Below, in pieces: positions 10,206 through 20,240 of a DNA stretch of 64,000 nucleotides. This DNA is from Spirochaetia bacterium (GTDB lineage Bacteria > Spirochaetota > Spirochaetia > CADAEX01), in contig OY759746.1 of NCBI GenBank assembly GCA_963662795.1, positions 2,816,001-2,880,000 on the forward strand, read 5' to 3'. The translations under genes and the position numbers were made by a program. Position 1 is the first letter of the stretch, and each line of letters opens with the position of its first letter. Under the pieces are notes generated by a model. It saw only the letters and a list, made by a program, of their open reading frames with translations. It did no database searches and was not told the DNA's origin.

Positions 10206-11537
10206 ATGATCGACATATCACCTGAACTTGTAACAATATTAATGTTTGGAGGTCTCTTTTTTGGTCTTTTCCTTGGTCAGCCGCTGGCGTTTGTTCTTGG
10301 CGGACTTGCCACAATCTTTGCTGTTCTCGGCTGGGGTCCCGGCGCATTGTCTCTCTTTATGTCACGAATAAACGGACTGATGGAAGATTATACCCTTGCC
10401 GCAATCCCTCTTTTTATCCTTATGGCCCAGCTCATGAGCGCCTCCGGTATGGCAGAAGGGCTCTTTAAAACTGCGCAGTATCTCTTCGGACCGATAAGGG
10501 GCGGAATAGCTATTGCAGTTGTAGTTGTATCAACGCTGCTTGCCGCCTGCACAGGTATTACAGGCGCCGCGTGCGTTACGATGGGACTTCTCGGTCTCCC
10601 TATAATGCTTCAGAACGGCTATGACAAAAAACTTGCGTCAGGCAGTATAGTAGGATCATCCGCCCTGGGAATCCTTATACCTCCAAGCATAATGCTTATC
10701 GTAATGGCTGAACAGTCCGGACTGACTGTCGGAAAACTTTTCGCCGGCGCCATTATTCCGGGGCTTATCCTTTCCACATTATATATAACATATATTTTAT
10801 ATCAGTGCTGGAGACATCCCCATAAGGGACCGGCTCTTTCTGCAGAAGAGAGGGCAAAGGTTTCAACAAGGCAGCTGATGAAAATGCTGTCTCTTAATCT
10901 TTTACCGCCGCTGCTTCTGATCCTCTCTGTTCTTGGGGTTCTTTTTGCAGGTATTGCAACCCCTACTGAAGCCTCAGCTTCAGGCTGTTTTTTCGCTTTT
11001 GTACTTTATGTCGCATACGGCAAATTCAATATGAAAAGTTTTATAAAAATAATTTCAGATGCGACAAAAACATCGGCAATGGTGCTTGTTGTTATGATCG
11101 GAGCTACCTGTTTTACAGGCGTATTCATGGGACTGGGTGGAGGAGGCGTTGTTAAGGACTTTATCCTCGGCGCAGGTTTCGGGAAATGGGGTACATTTAT
11201 CATAATGATGCTTATCTGTTTTGTTCTCGGAATGTTCCTTGACTGGATAGCTATTGTTATGATTACATTTCCAATATATCTGCCGATTGCACAGTCGCTA
11301 GGATTTGACATGCTCTGGTTTGTTGTTGCCATTGCTGTTATGCTTCAGGATTCCTTCTGTACACCGCCGTTCGGGTATAATCTCTTTTATCTAAAAGGCT
11401 GTGCCCCGCCTGAGGTTAAAACCAAGGATATATATCTTGGAGCGATCCCGTTCTGGGAGCTTATGGAGCTGGGACTGGTTATTGTCTGTATATTCCCCGC
11501 GACTGTAACATGGCTTCCTTCAATTCTGGTTAAGTAA
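10206..11537 (+). CDS. dctM: TRAP transporter large permease DctM
   Basis: Highly hydrophobic; LAAIPLFILM, LGILIPPSIMLI, GIATPTEA, TPPFGYNLFYLKG. Confidence 0.93.
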   Translation: MIDISPELVTILMFGGLFFGLFLGQPLAFVLGGLATIFAVLGWGPGALSLFMSRINGLMEDYTLAAIPLFILMAQLMSASGMAEGLFKTAQYLFGPIRGGIAIAVVVVSTLLAACTGITGAACVTMGLLGLPIMLQNGYDKKLASGSIVGSSALGILIPPSIMLIVMAEQSGLTVGKLFAGAIIPGLILSTLYITYILYQCWRHPHKGPALSAEERAKVSTRQLMKMLSLNLLPPLLLILSVLGVLFAGIATPTEASASGCFFAFVLYVAYGKFNMKSFIKIISDATKTSAMVLVVMIGATCFTGVFMGLGGGGVVKDFILGAGFGKWGTFIIMMLICFVLGMFLDWIAIVMITFPIYLPIAQSLGFDMLWFVVAIAVMLQDSFCTPPFGYNLFYLKGCAPPEVKTKDIYLGAIPFWELMELGLVIVCIFPATVTWLPSILVK

Positions 11538-11552
11538 AAAAGGTTGTGTTTT

Positions 11553-12659
11553 ATGGAAATACCTAAAAAATGTAAAGCAGCTGTATTTGAAAAAGTCGGA
11601 AGCAAAATAGAAATCAGGGATTTTGCCCTGCCTGAAAAAATTGATGATAACGCAATGCTCTGCAGAACCTCTTTCAGTACAATATGCGGATCAGACCTTC
11701 ATACCATAACAGGTAAAAGGTCGGAACCTGTTCCGCTAATACTTGGCCACGAGATAACCGGGAAAGTTGTTCAAATGGGTCACAACATTGTAACTGACGG
11801 TTTCGGAAATAAAATTAATATTGGCGACAGGATTTCCTGGACAATTATGGCTTCCTGCGGAAAGTGCTATTACTGTAAAAAAGGACTTCCCCAGAAGTGT
11901 GAGAAGCTTGTTAAATACGGCCACACATCCATAAATAATAATCTGAACTCACCACTGCTCGGAGGATACGGCGAATATGTTTACATTGTGCCGGGTACGG
12001 TAGTTTTTAAAGTACCGGATTCCCTGCCTGATGAGATTGCAGCTCCTGCAAACTGCGCTTTATCAACAGTTATAAATGCTGTCGATACCATCGGCATTGA
12101 AAAGGGCGACTGTGTAATGGTACAGGGGGCAGGGCTGCTTGGTCTTAATGCCTGCGCCCTTTTAAAGGAAGCAGGGGCAAAAGAAATAATAATAGCAGAT
12201 GTAATCGACTCACGGCTTGAGATGGCAAAAGAATTCGGGGCAACGGCTGCAGTCAATACAAAAAACATCGATGACGCACAGCTGAAAAATACAATAGGAG
12301 ATTTAACCGGAGGAATCGGACTTGATGCCGCCATTGAGGTTTGCGGTTTCAATGGAGTTGTGAAAACAGCGGTTGATAATCTTAGAACCGGAGGCAGGTA
12401 TCTGATCGCAGGGCTTGTAACTCCGGGGAGTCTTTTAAATATTGACGGCAATACAATTACGCGTAAATATCTTACCATCAGGGGAATTCATAATTATAAC
12501 CCTGAACATCTTGGCAAGGCGCTTCTTTTTCTGGAAAAAAATATGGAAAAATATCCGTTTAATGAGATTGTCAAAATAAGATTTCCGCTGTCAGGAATAA
12601 ATGATGCAGTTGAAGCTGCAAAAAGCGGTGAATTTATAAGGGTCGGTATTTCTTTTTAA
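11553..12659 (+). CDS. Zn-dependent (MDR) alcohol dehydrogenase, TIGR03366/HpnZ-like clade
   Basis: CGSDLH and GHE catalytic Zn ligands, CGKCYYC..C structural Zn site, PANCALST, GAGLLG Rossmann motif, GIHNY. ATG at 11553 chosen as start. Confidence 0.85.
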   Translation: MEIPKKCKAAVFEKVGSKIEIRDFALPEKIDDNAMLCRTSFSTICGSDLHTITGKRSEPVPLILGHEITGKVVQMGHNIVTDGFGNKINIGDRISWTIMASCGKCYYCKKGLPQKCEKLVKYGHTSINNNLNSPLLGGYGEYVYIVPGTVVFKVPDSLPDEIAAPANCALSTVINAVDTIGIEKGDCVMVQGAGLLGLNACALLKEAGAKEIIIADVIDSRLEMAKEFGATAAVNTKNIDDAQLKNTIGDLTGGIGLDAAIEVCGFNGVVKTAVDNLRTGGRYLIAGLVTPGSLLNIDGNTITRKYLTIRGIHNYNPEHLGKALLFLEKNMEKYPFNEIVKIRFPLSGINDAVEAAKSGEFIRVGISF

Positions 12660-12681
12660 TCCGGAACAAGTGATTGACAGC

Positions 12682-12712
12682 TTACCCTTCCGGATACGGA
12701 AGGGTAATTTTA
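12682..12712 (+). terminator. Intrinsic terminator between the convergent ADH and MCP-like genes
   Basis: TTACCCTTCCG-gata-CGGAAGGGTAA followed by TTTT. Confidence 0.8.
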
Positions 12713-12719
12713 TATACAT

Positions 12720-14340
12720 TTAATTTCTTCCTTTGTTATCCTTATCCCCTGAAGGGTCCCTGGATTTATCCGGGGGTTTTGTTTCTGTATTTTTGAGTTT
12801 ATATACCGATAACAGCTTTCCAATTGCAATGAGTTCATCTTTATTTGATTTACAATATTCTGTCGTCGTGTCAATGCAGTTATTTATATCATTTGTTGTC
12901 TTCCTGATGTCATAAACATATGAAACAAGAGACTTGAAATAGCTGACAAGCTGTTCCATCTCCATCTTTATTATTTCGGCATTTGTTAAAATCTTTGCTT
13001 TTCTCATTCTTTCCTGCACATGCCTTTTCAATTTCTTCAGACATTTTTAATGAATTGTTTATGCATGTTTCTGCGTGATGAATTTCCTTTTCAATGTTTT
13101 CAAGCGAAGATATATTTTTTGTTATATCAGCTGATGCCATAAGCATCTGATTCGAAAAAGTTGAATTATTTGATGATATTGACTGTTCAGCTTCGATTAT
13201 CCTGATAAATAAATTATTCAGGGATTCTGAAAAAAGATTGAAATTTTCAATCGTTGTCCCTATTTCATCAGATGAGTAGAGCGGAATTTTTTTCTGTAAA
13301 TTACCGCTGCCCTGTGCAACTGAAAACAGATGATCGGATAGTTTTTTTAGTGGAACAAGAGAATCAATTGAAAATTTTACTGCAAAGGGGGTAAATATTG
13401 TTAGAATCAGCGCTGATATCGCAACCATCAGAAAAAATACTTTTCTGAAGGGAGCTACAACCTCGCTTTTGTCTATAAGTGTGTAAAGGTACCAGCCCGT
13501 TCCTTCTGACAGGATCCTGCTGGCAAGATAGATATTGTCTCCGGTATTGATTTCTGTCCAGCTGCTGTCGATTTTCGGCAACTCATGAAATAACTCCGGC
13601 AGATCAGATGAATCAAGGTTTTTGAAACTTGTTTCCGGTTCTTTTGTATTAGCCAGAATTATATTGTCGGCAGTTGAAAGAATGACATAATTGCTGCCGA
13701 TATTCAGATCGCTTAAAATTCTTGTCAAAGTTGAAAGCTCTACATTTGCCGATACCACTCCGTATTCCTGACTGTTGATAAAGTAGGCGTATTGCGCAAC
13801 TGCAAATACAAAAAAATTGGTATCAGAGGACTGGAAAGGGCTTGTAATTGTTGTTCTTCCATTTTTTTCTTTAGCTTCATTATACCATGGCCTTTTTGAC
13901 GGATCATAATAAGGTCTTCTGCTGGAAGGCGGATACATTACAAACTTTCCGGATGCAGTCCCGACATAAACTGCTCCAAAATCAGGATTATTTATATTGA
14001 TCAGTTTCAGATAATCATAAATATTTTTTTCTGTTACTGAATTGTGAAGAGGCATCATGTCTGTCCATTCAGGATTATACTTGTAGGTTATTAATTCCCT
14101 TGTATCGAGTCCGTAAATAATAGGGTTGTTGGCAATTGTATTAACAGTATGTTTTATTTTTTCCATGTATAGTGTAACTGCCTTGTCGAGCAGCAGCATC
14201 TTTTCCATTGTCCTGTCTGTGGATTCCTTGATTATTGTTTTTCCCGCAAACATAAAAAAAATCAGTGAAAGTATAAACAGGGGAATGGTTATTGTTATAA
14301 CTGAGAGTATAGTCAGTCGTTTTTTTATAGGTATGTTCAT
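12720..14340 (-). pseudogene. Cache-HAMP chemoreceptor-like gene, frameshifted near 12990-13030 and lacking the MCP signalling hairpin
   Basis: TM1, dCache motif YYDPSKRPWY, TM2, HAMP (PLKKL...GNLQKKI..SSDEIG...FN.F). The MCP-like C-terminal tail (…KNKDELIAIGKLLSVYKL) lies in another frame (12720-13031). Likely start MNIPIKKR at 14340. Confidence 0.7.
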
Positions 14341-14426
14341 CCTTGCCGTCCCTTTCTTAATTATATATAGCACATTTTTATGGTGCCATGTTGTTTGCTT
14401 TAGAAAAAAATATTCAAACCAGGCCT

Positions 14427-15362
14427 CTAAAGCAAAATATTGTCCCATTTTGAATTATCAAGAAGTCCTCTTGAATAAAAATTTGACCATTTAAGTACAA
14501 TTTCCCTGAACATATAGAGTGGTTTATTGAAAAATTTATCTTTATGGCTTATCAGGTAATAATTGGTTTTTATGGATTTATCCCTTTCCGGAATAGCGAC
14601 AAGATTCCCTGATGTAATTTCATCGTTTAATATATACTTAGGGGCAATAGCCACTCCGATATTGTTTTTTACATAGTTTTTCAGGGAATGGTAGCTTGAA
14701 ACTTCGCATACAATGTTGGCTGTAATTTCGTTCTGCAGAAGATAATCATCTATCAGCTTCCTTTCCATTGATCCCTTCCCCATTGTTACAAGATTAAGGG
14801 AAGAGATATTTTCCGGTGTGAAATAAATTAATTCTGACAATTGATTTGCTGTACTGGTTACCAGAAAAAGATAATCGTCAAGGATGTTTGTATATACTAT
14901 ATCACTTCCGCCGGATGGATTGTCTGTAAATCCTATATCATACTTCATCATTGACAGTTCATCAGGAATATTCGCAGGAATATCAATATCGATTGTTATT
15001 ACAACATCAGGATACATCTTTTTAAACAAAAGTATCATTTCCGGGAGATAATAGTTTCCAAAGCCTTCTGTTGTAATAATCTTTATATTTCCGCTTTTCT
15101 GGTTCTGATAATCCTTTATGTTTTTATCAATTTCCTTTTCCAGGTCTATAATTTTTTCTGCTATGTTATACAGGATATAGCCTACATCCGTTAATATCAT
15201 CTTTTTCCCGGTTTTATCAAAAAGGACAAGATCAAGGTTTCCCTGAAGTTCCTGCAGCTGCCTTGTCGCTGCAGGCTGTGTTATATCGAGAAACGCTGCA
15301 GCATTTGTAAGACTGCCGAGTTTCGCTGAATAGTAAAATGTTTTTAAATAATTAAGATTCAT
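14427..15362 (-). CDS. LysR-family transcriptional regulator
   Basis: MNLNYLKTF...GSLTNAA..L.ITQPAATRQLQELQ..L...LFDK.GKK..LT..G HTH, followed by a substrate-binding domain. Confidence 0.92.
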   Translation of the reverse strand: MNLNYLKTFYYSAKLGSLTNAAAFLDITQPAATRQLQELQGNLDLVLFDKTGKKMILTDVGYILYNIAEKIIDLEKEIDKNIKDYQNQKSGNIKIITTEGFGNYYLPEMILLFKKMYPDVVITIDIDIPANIPDELSMMKYDIGFTDNPSGGSDIVYTNILDDYLFLVTSTANQLSELIYFTPENISSLNLVTMGKGSMERKLIDDYLLQNEITANIVCEVSSYHSLKNYVKNNIGVAIAPKYILNDEITSGNLVAIPERDKSIKTNYYLISHKDKFFNKPLYMFREIVLKWSNFYSRGLLDNSKWDNILL

Positions 15363-15546
15363 ATTAATTATTATTATATAATACTTTACAGATTTTATTA
15401 AACAAAAAATATGCAAGGCTGAAATATAATTTCAGGTGACCCTGATTAAACAATATTCCGGAACAAAATTGTCAGGCAGCTTCTATTGAACAAGAGGAGC
15501 TATCAATTATAGAATATAGACCATATCAGAAATACAGGAGCAAATA

Positions 15547-17184
15547 TTGATCAGTACAGGAAATATAACACTGAAATTCGGAGAAAGGGTTTTATTCAGG
15601 GATGTGAATATTAAATTCATTCCTGGAAACTGCTATGGGCTTATAGGAGCAAACGGAAGCGGAAAATCCACTTTCCTCAAAATATTGTCAGGTGAAATAG
15701 ATTATCACAGCGGGGAAGTAAGCATAACCCCGGGGGAGCGGCTTGCCGTCCTTAAGCAGGATCATTTTGAATTTGATGAATTCACTGTACTTCAGACAGT
15801 GATAATGGGACATAAAAAACTTTATGATATTATGACGGAAAAAGATGCATTATATCTTAAAGAGGATTTTTCAGAAGCTGACGGACTTAAAGCCGCAACG
15901 CTTGAAAACGAATTTGGAGAGATGAACGGCTGGGAAGCGGAATCGGAAGCTGCCACTCTTTTGTCCGGTCTCGGCATACCGGATGAGTTTAATGAAAAAA
16001 AGATGAAAGAGCTCGAAGGGGGAGAAAAGGTAAGGGTGCTTCTTGCGCAGGCGCTGTTCGGCAATCCTGACATCCTTCTTCTTGATGAGCCCACCAACCA
16101 TCTTGATCTTGAATCTATAAACTGGCTTGAGGAATTCCTCCTCAAATTTCAGAATACAGTTATTGTCGTTTCGCATGACAGACACTTTCTTAACAAGGTA
16201 TGCACCCATATAGCTGATATAGATTACGGTAAGGTAAGCCTTTATGTCGGCAACTATGATTTCTGGTATATGGCAAGCCAGCTTTCGGCCCGGCAGAGAA
16301 AAGACGAAAAAAAGCGGCGTGAAGATAAAATAAACGAACTGAAAGAGTTTATCCAGAGGTTCAGCTCAAATGCCTCCAAGGCACGGCAGGCGACATCCAG
16401 AAAAAAGCTTGTTGAGAAACTCACTATTGATGATATGCCTACCACCTCAAGAAAGTTTCCTTATGTCAATTTTAAACCTGACAGGGAATGCGGCAAAAAT
16501 ATTCTTAAAATTACCGGTCTCTCAAAAGCAATAGACGGGGTTCAGGTTCTTAAGGATTTTGACCTCGAAGTACGCGGACATGATAAAATCGCATTTGTAG
16601 GCCCTGATCATCTTGCGAAAACAACACTTTTCGAGATTCTTAACGGTAATCTTGAACCGGACAGCGGCAGTTTTGAATGGGGAATAACCATAAAAACATC
16701 ATATTTCCCGAAAGATAACAGCAGTTTTTTTGATTCTGATCTTAATCTGGTCGACTGGCTGAGGCAGTTTACAAATCCTGATGAGGAAACTGATTTGAGG
16801 GGCTTCCTCGGGCGAATGCTTTTTTCAGGCGATGAAACACAGAAGAAGGTAAGGGTGCTTTCCGGAGGGGAGAAGGTCCGCTGTATGCTCTCAAGGATGA
16901 TGCTTTCCGGGGCAAATGTTCTTATATTTGATGAGCCGACCAACCATCTTGATCTTGAGTCGATATCAGTCCTTAACACAGGGCTTATCGATTTTACCGA
17001 GACAATGCTTTTTACTTCACATGATCATCAGTTTGTAGACACAATAGCGACCAGGATTATAGAATTCTGCCCTGAGTGCAAATATATCGACAAGATGATG
17101 AAATTTGACGATTATCTTGTAAGTGAGGATGTTAAAGCGCTGCGTGACAGTTTCTACCATTCTCATAACAGGCTATCCATCTGA
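15547..17184 (+). CDS. ABC-F family ribosome-associated ATPase (YbiT/YkpA-like)
   Basis: Two NBDs (GANGSGKS, LLLDEPTNHLD, SHDRHFL; LSGGEK, DEPTNHLD), no TM segments; TTG start after AGGAG. Confidence 0.92.
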   Translation: MISTGNITLKFGERVLFRDVNIKFIPGNCYGLIGANGSGKSTFLKILSGEIDYHSGEVSITPGERLAVLKQDHFEFDEFTVLQTVIMGHKKLYDIMTEKDALYLKEDFSEADGLKAATLENEFGEMNGWEAESEAATLLSGLGIPDEFNEKKMKELEGGEKVRVLLAQALFGNPDILLLDEPTNHLDLESINWLEEFLLKFQNTVIVVSHDRHFLNKVCTHIADIDYGKVSLYVGNYDFWYMASQLSARQRKDEKKRREDKINELKEFIQRFSSNASKARQATSRKKLVEKLTIDDMPTTSRKFPYVNFKPDRECGKNILKITGLSKAIDGVQVLKDFDLEVRGHDKIAFVGPDHLAKTTLFEILNGNLEPDSGSFEWGITIKTSYFPKDNSSFFDSDLNLVDWLRQFTNPDEETDLRGFLGRMLFSGDETQKKVRVLSGGEKVRCMLSRMMLSGANVLIFDEPTNHLDLESISVLNTGLIDFTETMLFTSHDHQFVDTIATRIIEFCPECKYIDKMMKFDDYLVSEDVKALRDSFYHSHNRLSI

Positions 17185-17192
17185 GCATAAAA

Positions 17193-18410
17193 TTGGAAAC
17201 TGTTAAACTTGAAATTGAGAAAATAATATCAAACAGCTGCGGCCTTGCCAGAAACAACGGCAGGGTTGTTTTTGTTCCTGATACACTTCCCGGAGAAACA
17301 GTTATCGCAGAAATTGGAGAAACGAAAAGCGGATATTCCAACGGTAAATTACTGGAAATTATAAAACCTTCTCAGCACAGGATTACTCCTCCGTGTCCTC
17401 TTTACGGTATCTGCGGCGGATGCACACTGCAGCATTCTGATTATGAATATCAGCTTGAGATCAGAAAAAGTCTTGTGGAAGAGGCATTGCTTCGAAACGG
17501 TAAAACTGTTTTCAATGAGATTAAAACAGTTCCGGGAAATCCGTACGGATACAGGTGCCGTGCTCAGCTGCATCAGCCGGGTGAAAGCAGGCAGCCGGGA
17601 TTTAAAAAACGGAACAGCAGTGAAATAACAGGCATTGACTCCTGTCCGGTATGTAACAGAGGCATAAATAAATATCTTGAAAGCCGTCCCCGCCTGCCTG
17701 GAAAGCGGGTAACGCTGTTTGCCCCTGAAGAGACCTGTTTTCATGCATCGGAAAGATCTGCTTCTCCCGGGTGGGAAAATTCAGACGGGAGAAAAGAAGT
17801 GCAGGCAGAATGGGAAAGAGCAGATAATCTTTCAATATCTGTTCCTGTAAGCGGAAAGACGATTCAGACAGATGTAAACTGTTTTTTCCAGAGCAACCTT
17901 GACATGCTGCAGAAAACCATTCCCCTTATTCTCGATCATATAAGCGGGAGGAGTTTTTTTGATCTTTACTGCGGTGTCGGAGTCTTCGGCGCTTTTCTGG
18001 CTGACAGGGGAGAAATGCTTGTCTCTGTCGAGTCTGATAAAAATGCGGTTAAGTATGCCAGGAGCAATATAGGAAATGCAGCCGCAGAGAACAGGCTGCT
18101 TAAAACTGAATTTTACACAATGACTGCTGAAAGTTTTATCCCGCGCTGGAACAGAGGCGGGGGCAGAACCATTCCTGACACAGTTGTGGCAGATCCTCCC
18201 AGAAGCGGTATTTCGATGAGTGTAAAAAAATATATTGTTAAAAGCAGGATTAAAAAACTTATCTATCTTTCCTGCGATTACGGAACACTTGGGAGAGACA
18301 TCGGTTTCTTTACCCGCAGCAGCTACAGGCTTGAAAACCTGTACTTCCTTGATTTCTATCCGCAGACAGCGCACGCTGAATCGCTTGCCGTTCTGGAGTA
18401 TATGGGTTAA
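17193..18410 (+). CDS. TRAM-domain RNA (uracil-5)-methyltransferase, RlmD/RlmC family
   Basis: TRAM domain (VFVPDTLPGE), Fe-S motif CPLYGICGGC, FFQSN, DLYCGVG, DPPR, catalytic LSCD, DFYPQTAH.E. Confidence 0.9.
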   Translation: METVKLEIEKIISNSCGLARNNGRVVFVPDTLPGETVIAEIGETKSGYSNGKLLEIIKPSQHRITPPCPLYGICGGCTLQHSDYEYQLEIRKSLVEEALLRNGKTVFNEIKTVPGNPYGYRCRAQLHQPGESRQPGFKKRNSSEITGIDSCPVCNRGINKYLESRPRLPGKRVTLFAPEETCFHASERSASPGWENSDGRKEVQAEWERADNLSISVPVSGKTIQTDVNCFFQSNLDMLQKTIPLILDHISGRSFFDLYCGVGVFGAFLADRGEMLVSVESDKNAVKYARSNIGNAAAENRLLKTEFYTMTAESFIPRWNRGGGRTIPDTVVADPPRSGISMSVKKYIVKSRIKKLIYLSCDYGTLGRDIGFFTRSSYRLENLYFLDFYPQTAHAESLAVLEYMG

Positions 18411-18419
18411 TCTTTCAGG

Positions 18420-20195
18420 ATGAAATCTTTCCGCACGGGAATTTCACAGATACGGCTGTTTACCTTTATTCTGATGACAGCCTGCTCTTCATTCATACAC
18501 CCTTCAGAAAATGAAACTCAGGCTTTCCTTTCGCTTAAATCAGTTTTTTCAACAGGGGGCAGGATCAGCGGACCTCCACTCGAATATCCCGGCGGAGGCA
18601 TTCTTTTCTTCTCTGAGGACAGGTATCTGTACCATTTTGACAGCTTTGGAGTGTTTTTATCCAGAAAGAAAATAAGGAACAGTTTTTATCCCTTTCACAC
18701 ACAGGGTATAGACGGAATAATCTACAAATATTTCAGGGATAATACCCTTAAAGCTGTTAACGCGGCCGGCGGTATTCTGTGGAGCGTTAAAAACAATTCA
18801 TCCCCGTTCTGTGCTCCAGTGATAAGTTCGACAGGGGCTGTTATTACGGCCGGCGGTAAGAGTATTCTGACCTCCTATTCCTATAGAGGAAGAAAAAGAT
18901 GGGAGCTGGATTTAAAAAACAGCATTAAAGAGGCGGAAAGTGAAGCACTGCTTTTGTCCTGCCCTCCATGTGCAGGGGCTTCAGGCAGCATTTACGCCGG
19001 AATGTCTGACGGGCGGATTGCATCAGTAGACAGCAGCGGAAAAATAACCAAAAGTATAAAAGATTCAGAAAACAGCATCACAGTCCTTTTTTCAGCCGGA
19101 AGGAAAGTTTACGCATCAGACAGTAACGGCAGGCTGTCTGTATATAGTGAGAACCTTGAGCTTCAGAAAAATTTTCAGTTAAAGTCTCCAGCTGCATCAA
19201 TCCGGGCCGGCCGTAATCTTCTTGCAATGGTACACAGAAACGGAAGCGCATCAGTCTATGATGAAGAAATGAATTTATTGTACAGTTCCGGCAGTTCAAT
19301 GAAAATTACCGGTAAGCCTCTTATAACAGGAAAGTATGTTTATTTTTTAAGCGGAAGGGGTTTTGTTCCCTGGTTCGATCCGGCATCAGGTACTCACGGG
19401 GAAACCTCAATTCCTGTAAAAGCTGTAGCAGGGATACGTGATATCAGGGACGAATTTCCGCGTCTGCCCTTTATTTATAAAGAAGGGGCCCTGCTTGCCG
19501 CAGGAGGGGAGGACTGGAATATCTATTTTTTTCATACTTCGGTATCATCTCCATCTGACAATAAAAGTGAACAGCAGTATTCCGGAGATGAGGCGGATTT
19601 ATACAGCCTTAAGCCTGATACAGGATTCCTGATCTATATTAACGAACTTTTCACGTCAGAAGATCCTGGTGAGAGGGAAAAAGCTATGAAACTGGCGGGA
19701 AACACATTATCATCCGGAATTACTGCAGGTGATGAAGAATACCTGATTCAGATGATCAGAAATTCGGCCTTAAGGGGGACAGGAAATATTATTGCCGGAA
19801 AAGGCATTGCCGGGACCGGGAGCGCTGCAGTTAAATCCATGGCGGCCGGAATTCTGGGAAGGATAGGAACCCATGAGGCATTGGCCCTGTTAAGGGAAAT
19901 GCTGAAAACGGAAACCGATCCTTACGCCGCTTCAATTGAGATAAAAGAACTTGGAAAAGCGGGCAGCGATTATGACGGGCGCAGCATAGCGGCAATTATA
20001 TCCGCCTGGAACCGTTTCCATGATTATCCCGGTATTAATGAAACAATAATTGAGTCCTTTAAAGGAATTACAGCATATCATGGATACTTTTCGTCGCAGG
20101 AAGGGAAAAAGCTTTTATTTAAAATGCTTGAACGAAACAGAAATCGTGAATTACAATTGAAAGTAATTGAATTACTGAAATATATGGAGCAGTAA
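18420..20195 (+). CDS. Secreted or lipoprotein PQQ-like beta-propeller protein with a C-terminal HEAT-like domain
   Basis: Signal or lipoprotein N-terminus (ILMTAC), repeats AVNAAGGILW and YSYRGRKRW, helical C-terminus AAGILGRIGT.EAL..L.EML..E.D. Confidence 0.55.
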   Translation: MKSFRTGISQIRLFTFILMTACSSFIHPSENETQAFLSLKSVFSTGGRISGPPLEYPGGGILFFSEDRYLYHFDSFGVFLSRKKIRNSFYPFHTQGIDGIIYKYFRDNTLKAVNAAGGILWSVKNNSSPFCAPVISSTGAVITAGGKSILTSYSYRGRKRWELDLKNSIKEAESEALLLSCPPCAGASGSIYAGMSDGRIASVDSSGKITKSIKDSENSITVLFSAGRKVYASDSNGRLSVYSENLELQKNFQLKSPAASIRAGRNLLAMVHRNGSASVYDEEMNLLYSSGSSMKITGKPLITGKYVYFLSGRGFVPWFDPASGTHGETSIPVKAVAGIRDIRDEFPRLPFIYKEGALLAAGGEDWNIYFFHTSVSSPSDNKSEQQYSGDEADLYSLKPDTGFLIYINELFTSEDPGEREKAMKLAGNTLSSGITAGDEEYLIQMIRNSALRGTGNIIAGKGIAGTGSAAVKSMAAGILGRIGTHEALALLREMLKTETDPYAASIEIKELGKAGSDYDGRSIAAIISAWNRFHDYPGINETIIESFKGITAYHGYFSSQEGKKLLFKMLERNRNRELQLKVIELLKYMEQ

Positions 20196-20240
20196 AACCG
20201 GATTGCTCCTGCATGATATACCGGGGAAAAGAGGTGTGAA

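Larger units (their letters stand above)
7857..10209 (+). pseudogene. dctQ: TRAP small permease DctQ interrupted by an IS (7857-8168 plus 9928-10209; 197 aa when rejoined)
   Basis: N-part YEVVLRYVFNNPTIW...HVSIDL...FFPFLI. C-part VVFYEG...PVYPVKTMIP...LLLMQG is in frame once the IS and one ATT copy are removed. Confidence 0.9.

Noticed and set aside
12985-13031. Programmed frameshift in the MCP-like gene
   Set aside because: No canonical slippery heptamer or stimulatory structure was seen; a mutation or sequencing indel is simpler.
12660-15466. 10-bp direct repeat TCCGGAACAA (12660-12669 and 15457-15466) flanking the MCP-LysR pair
   Set aside because: Too short to exclude chance, and no integrase or tRNA nearby. 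Worth revisiting only if relatives lack exactly this segment.
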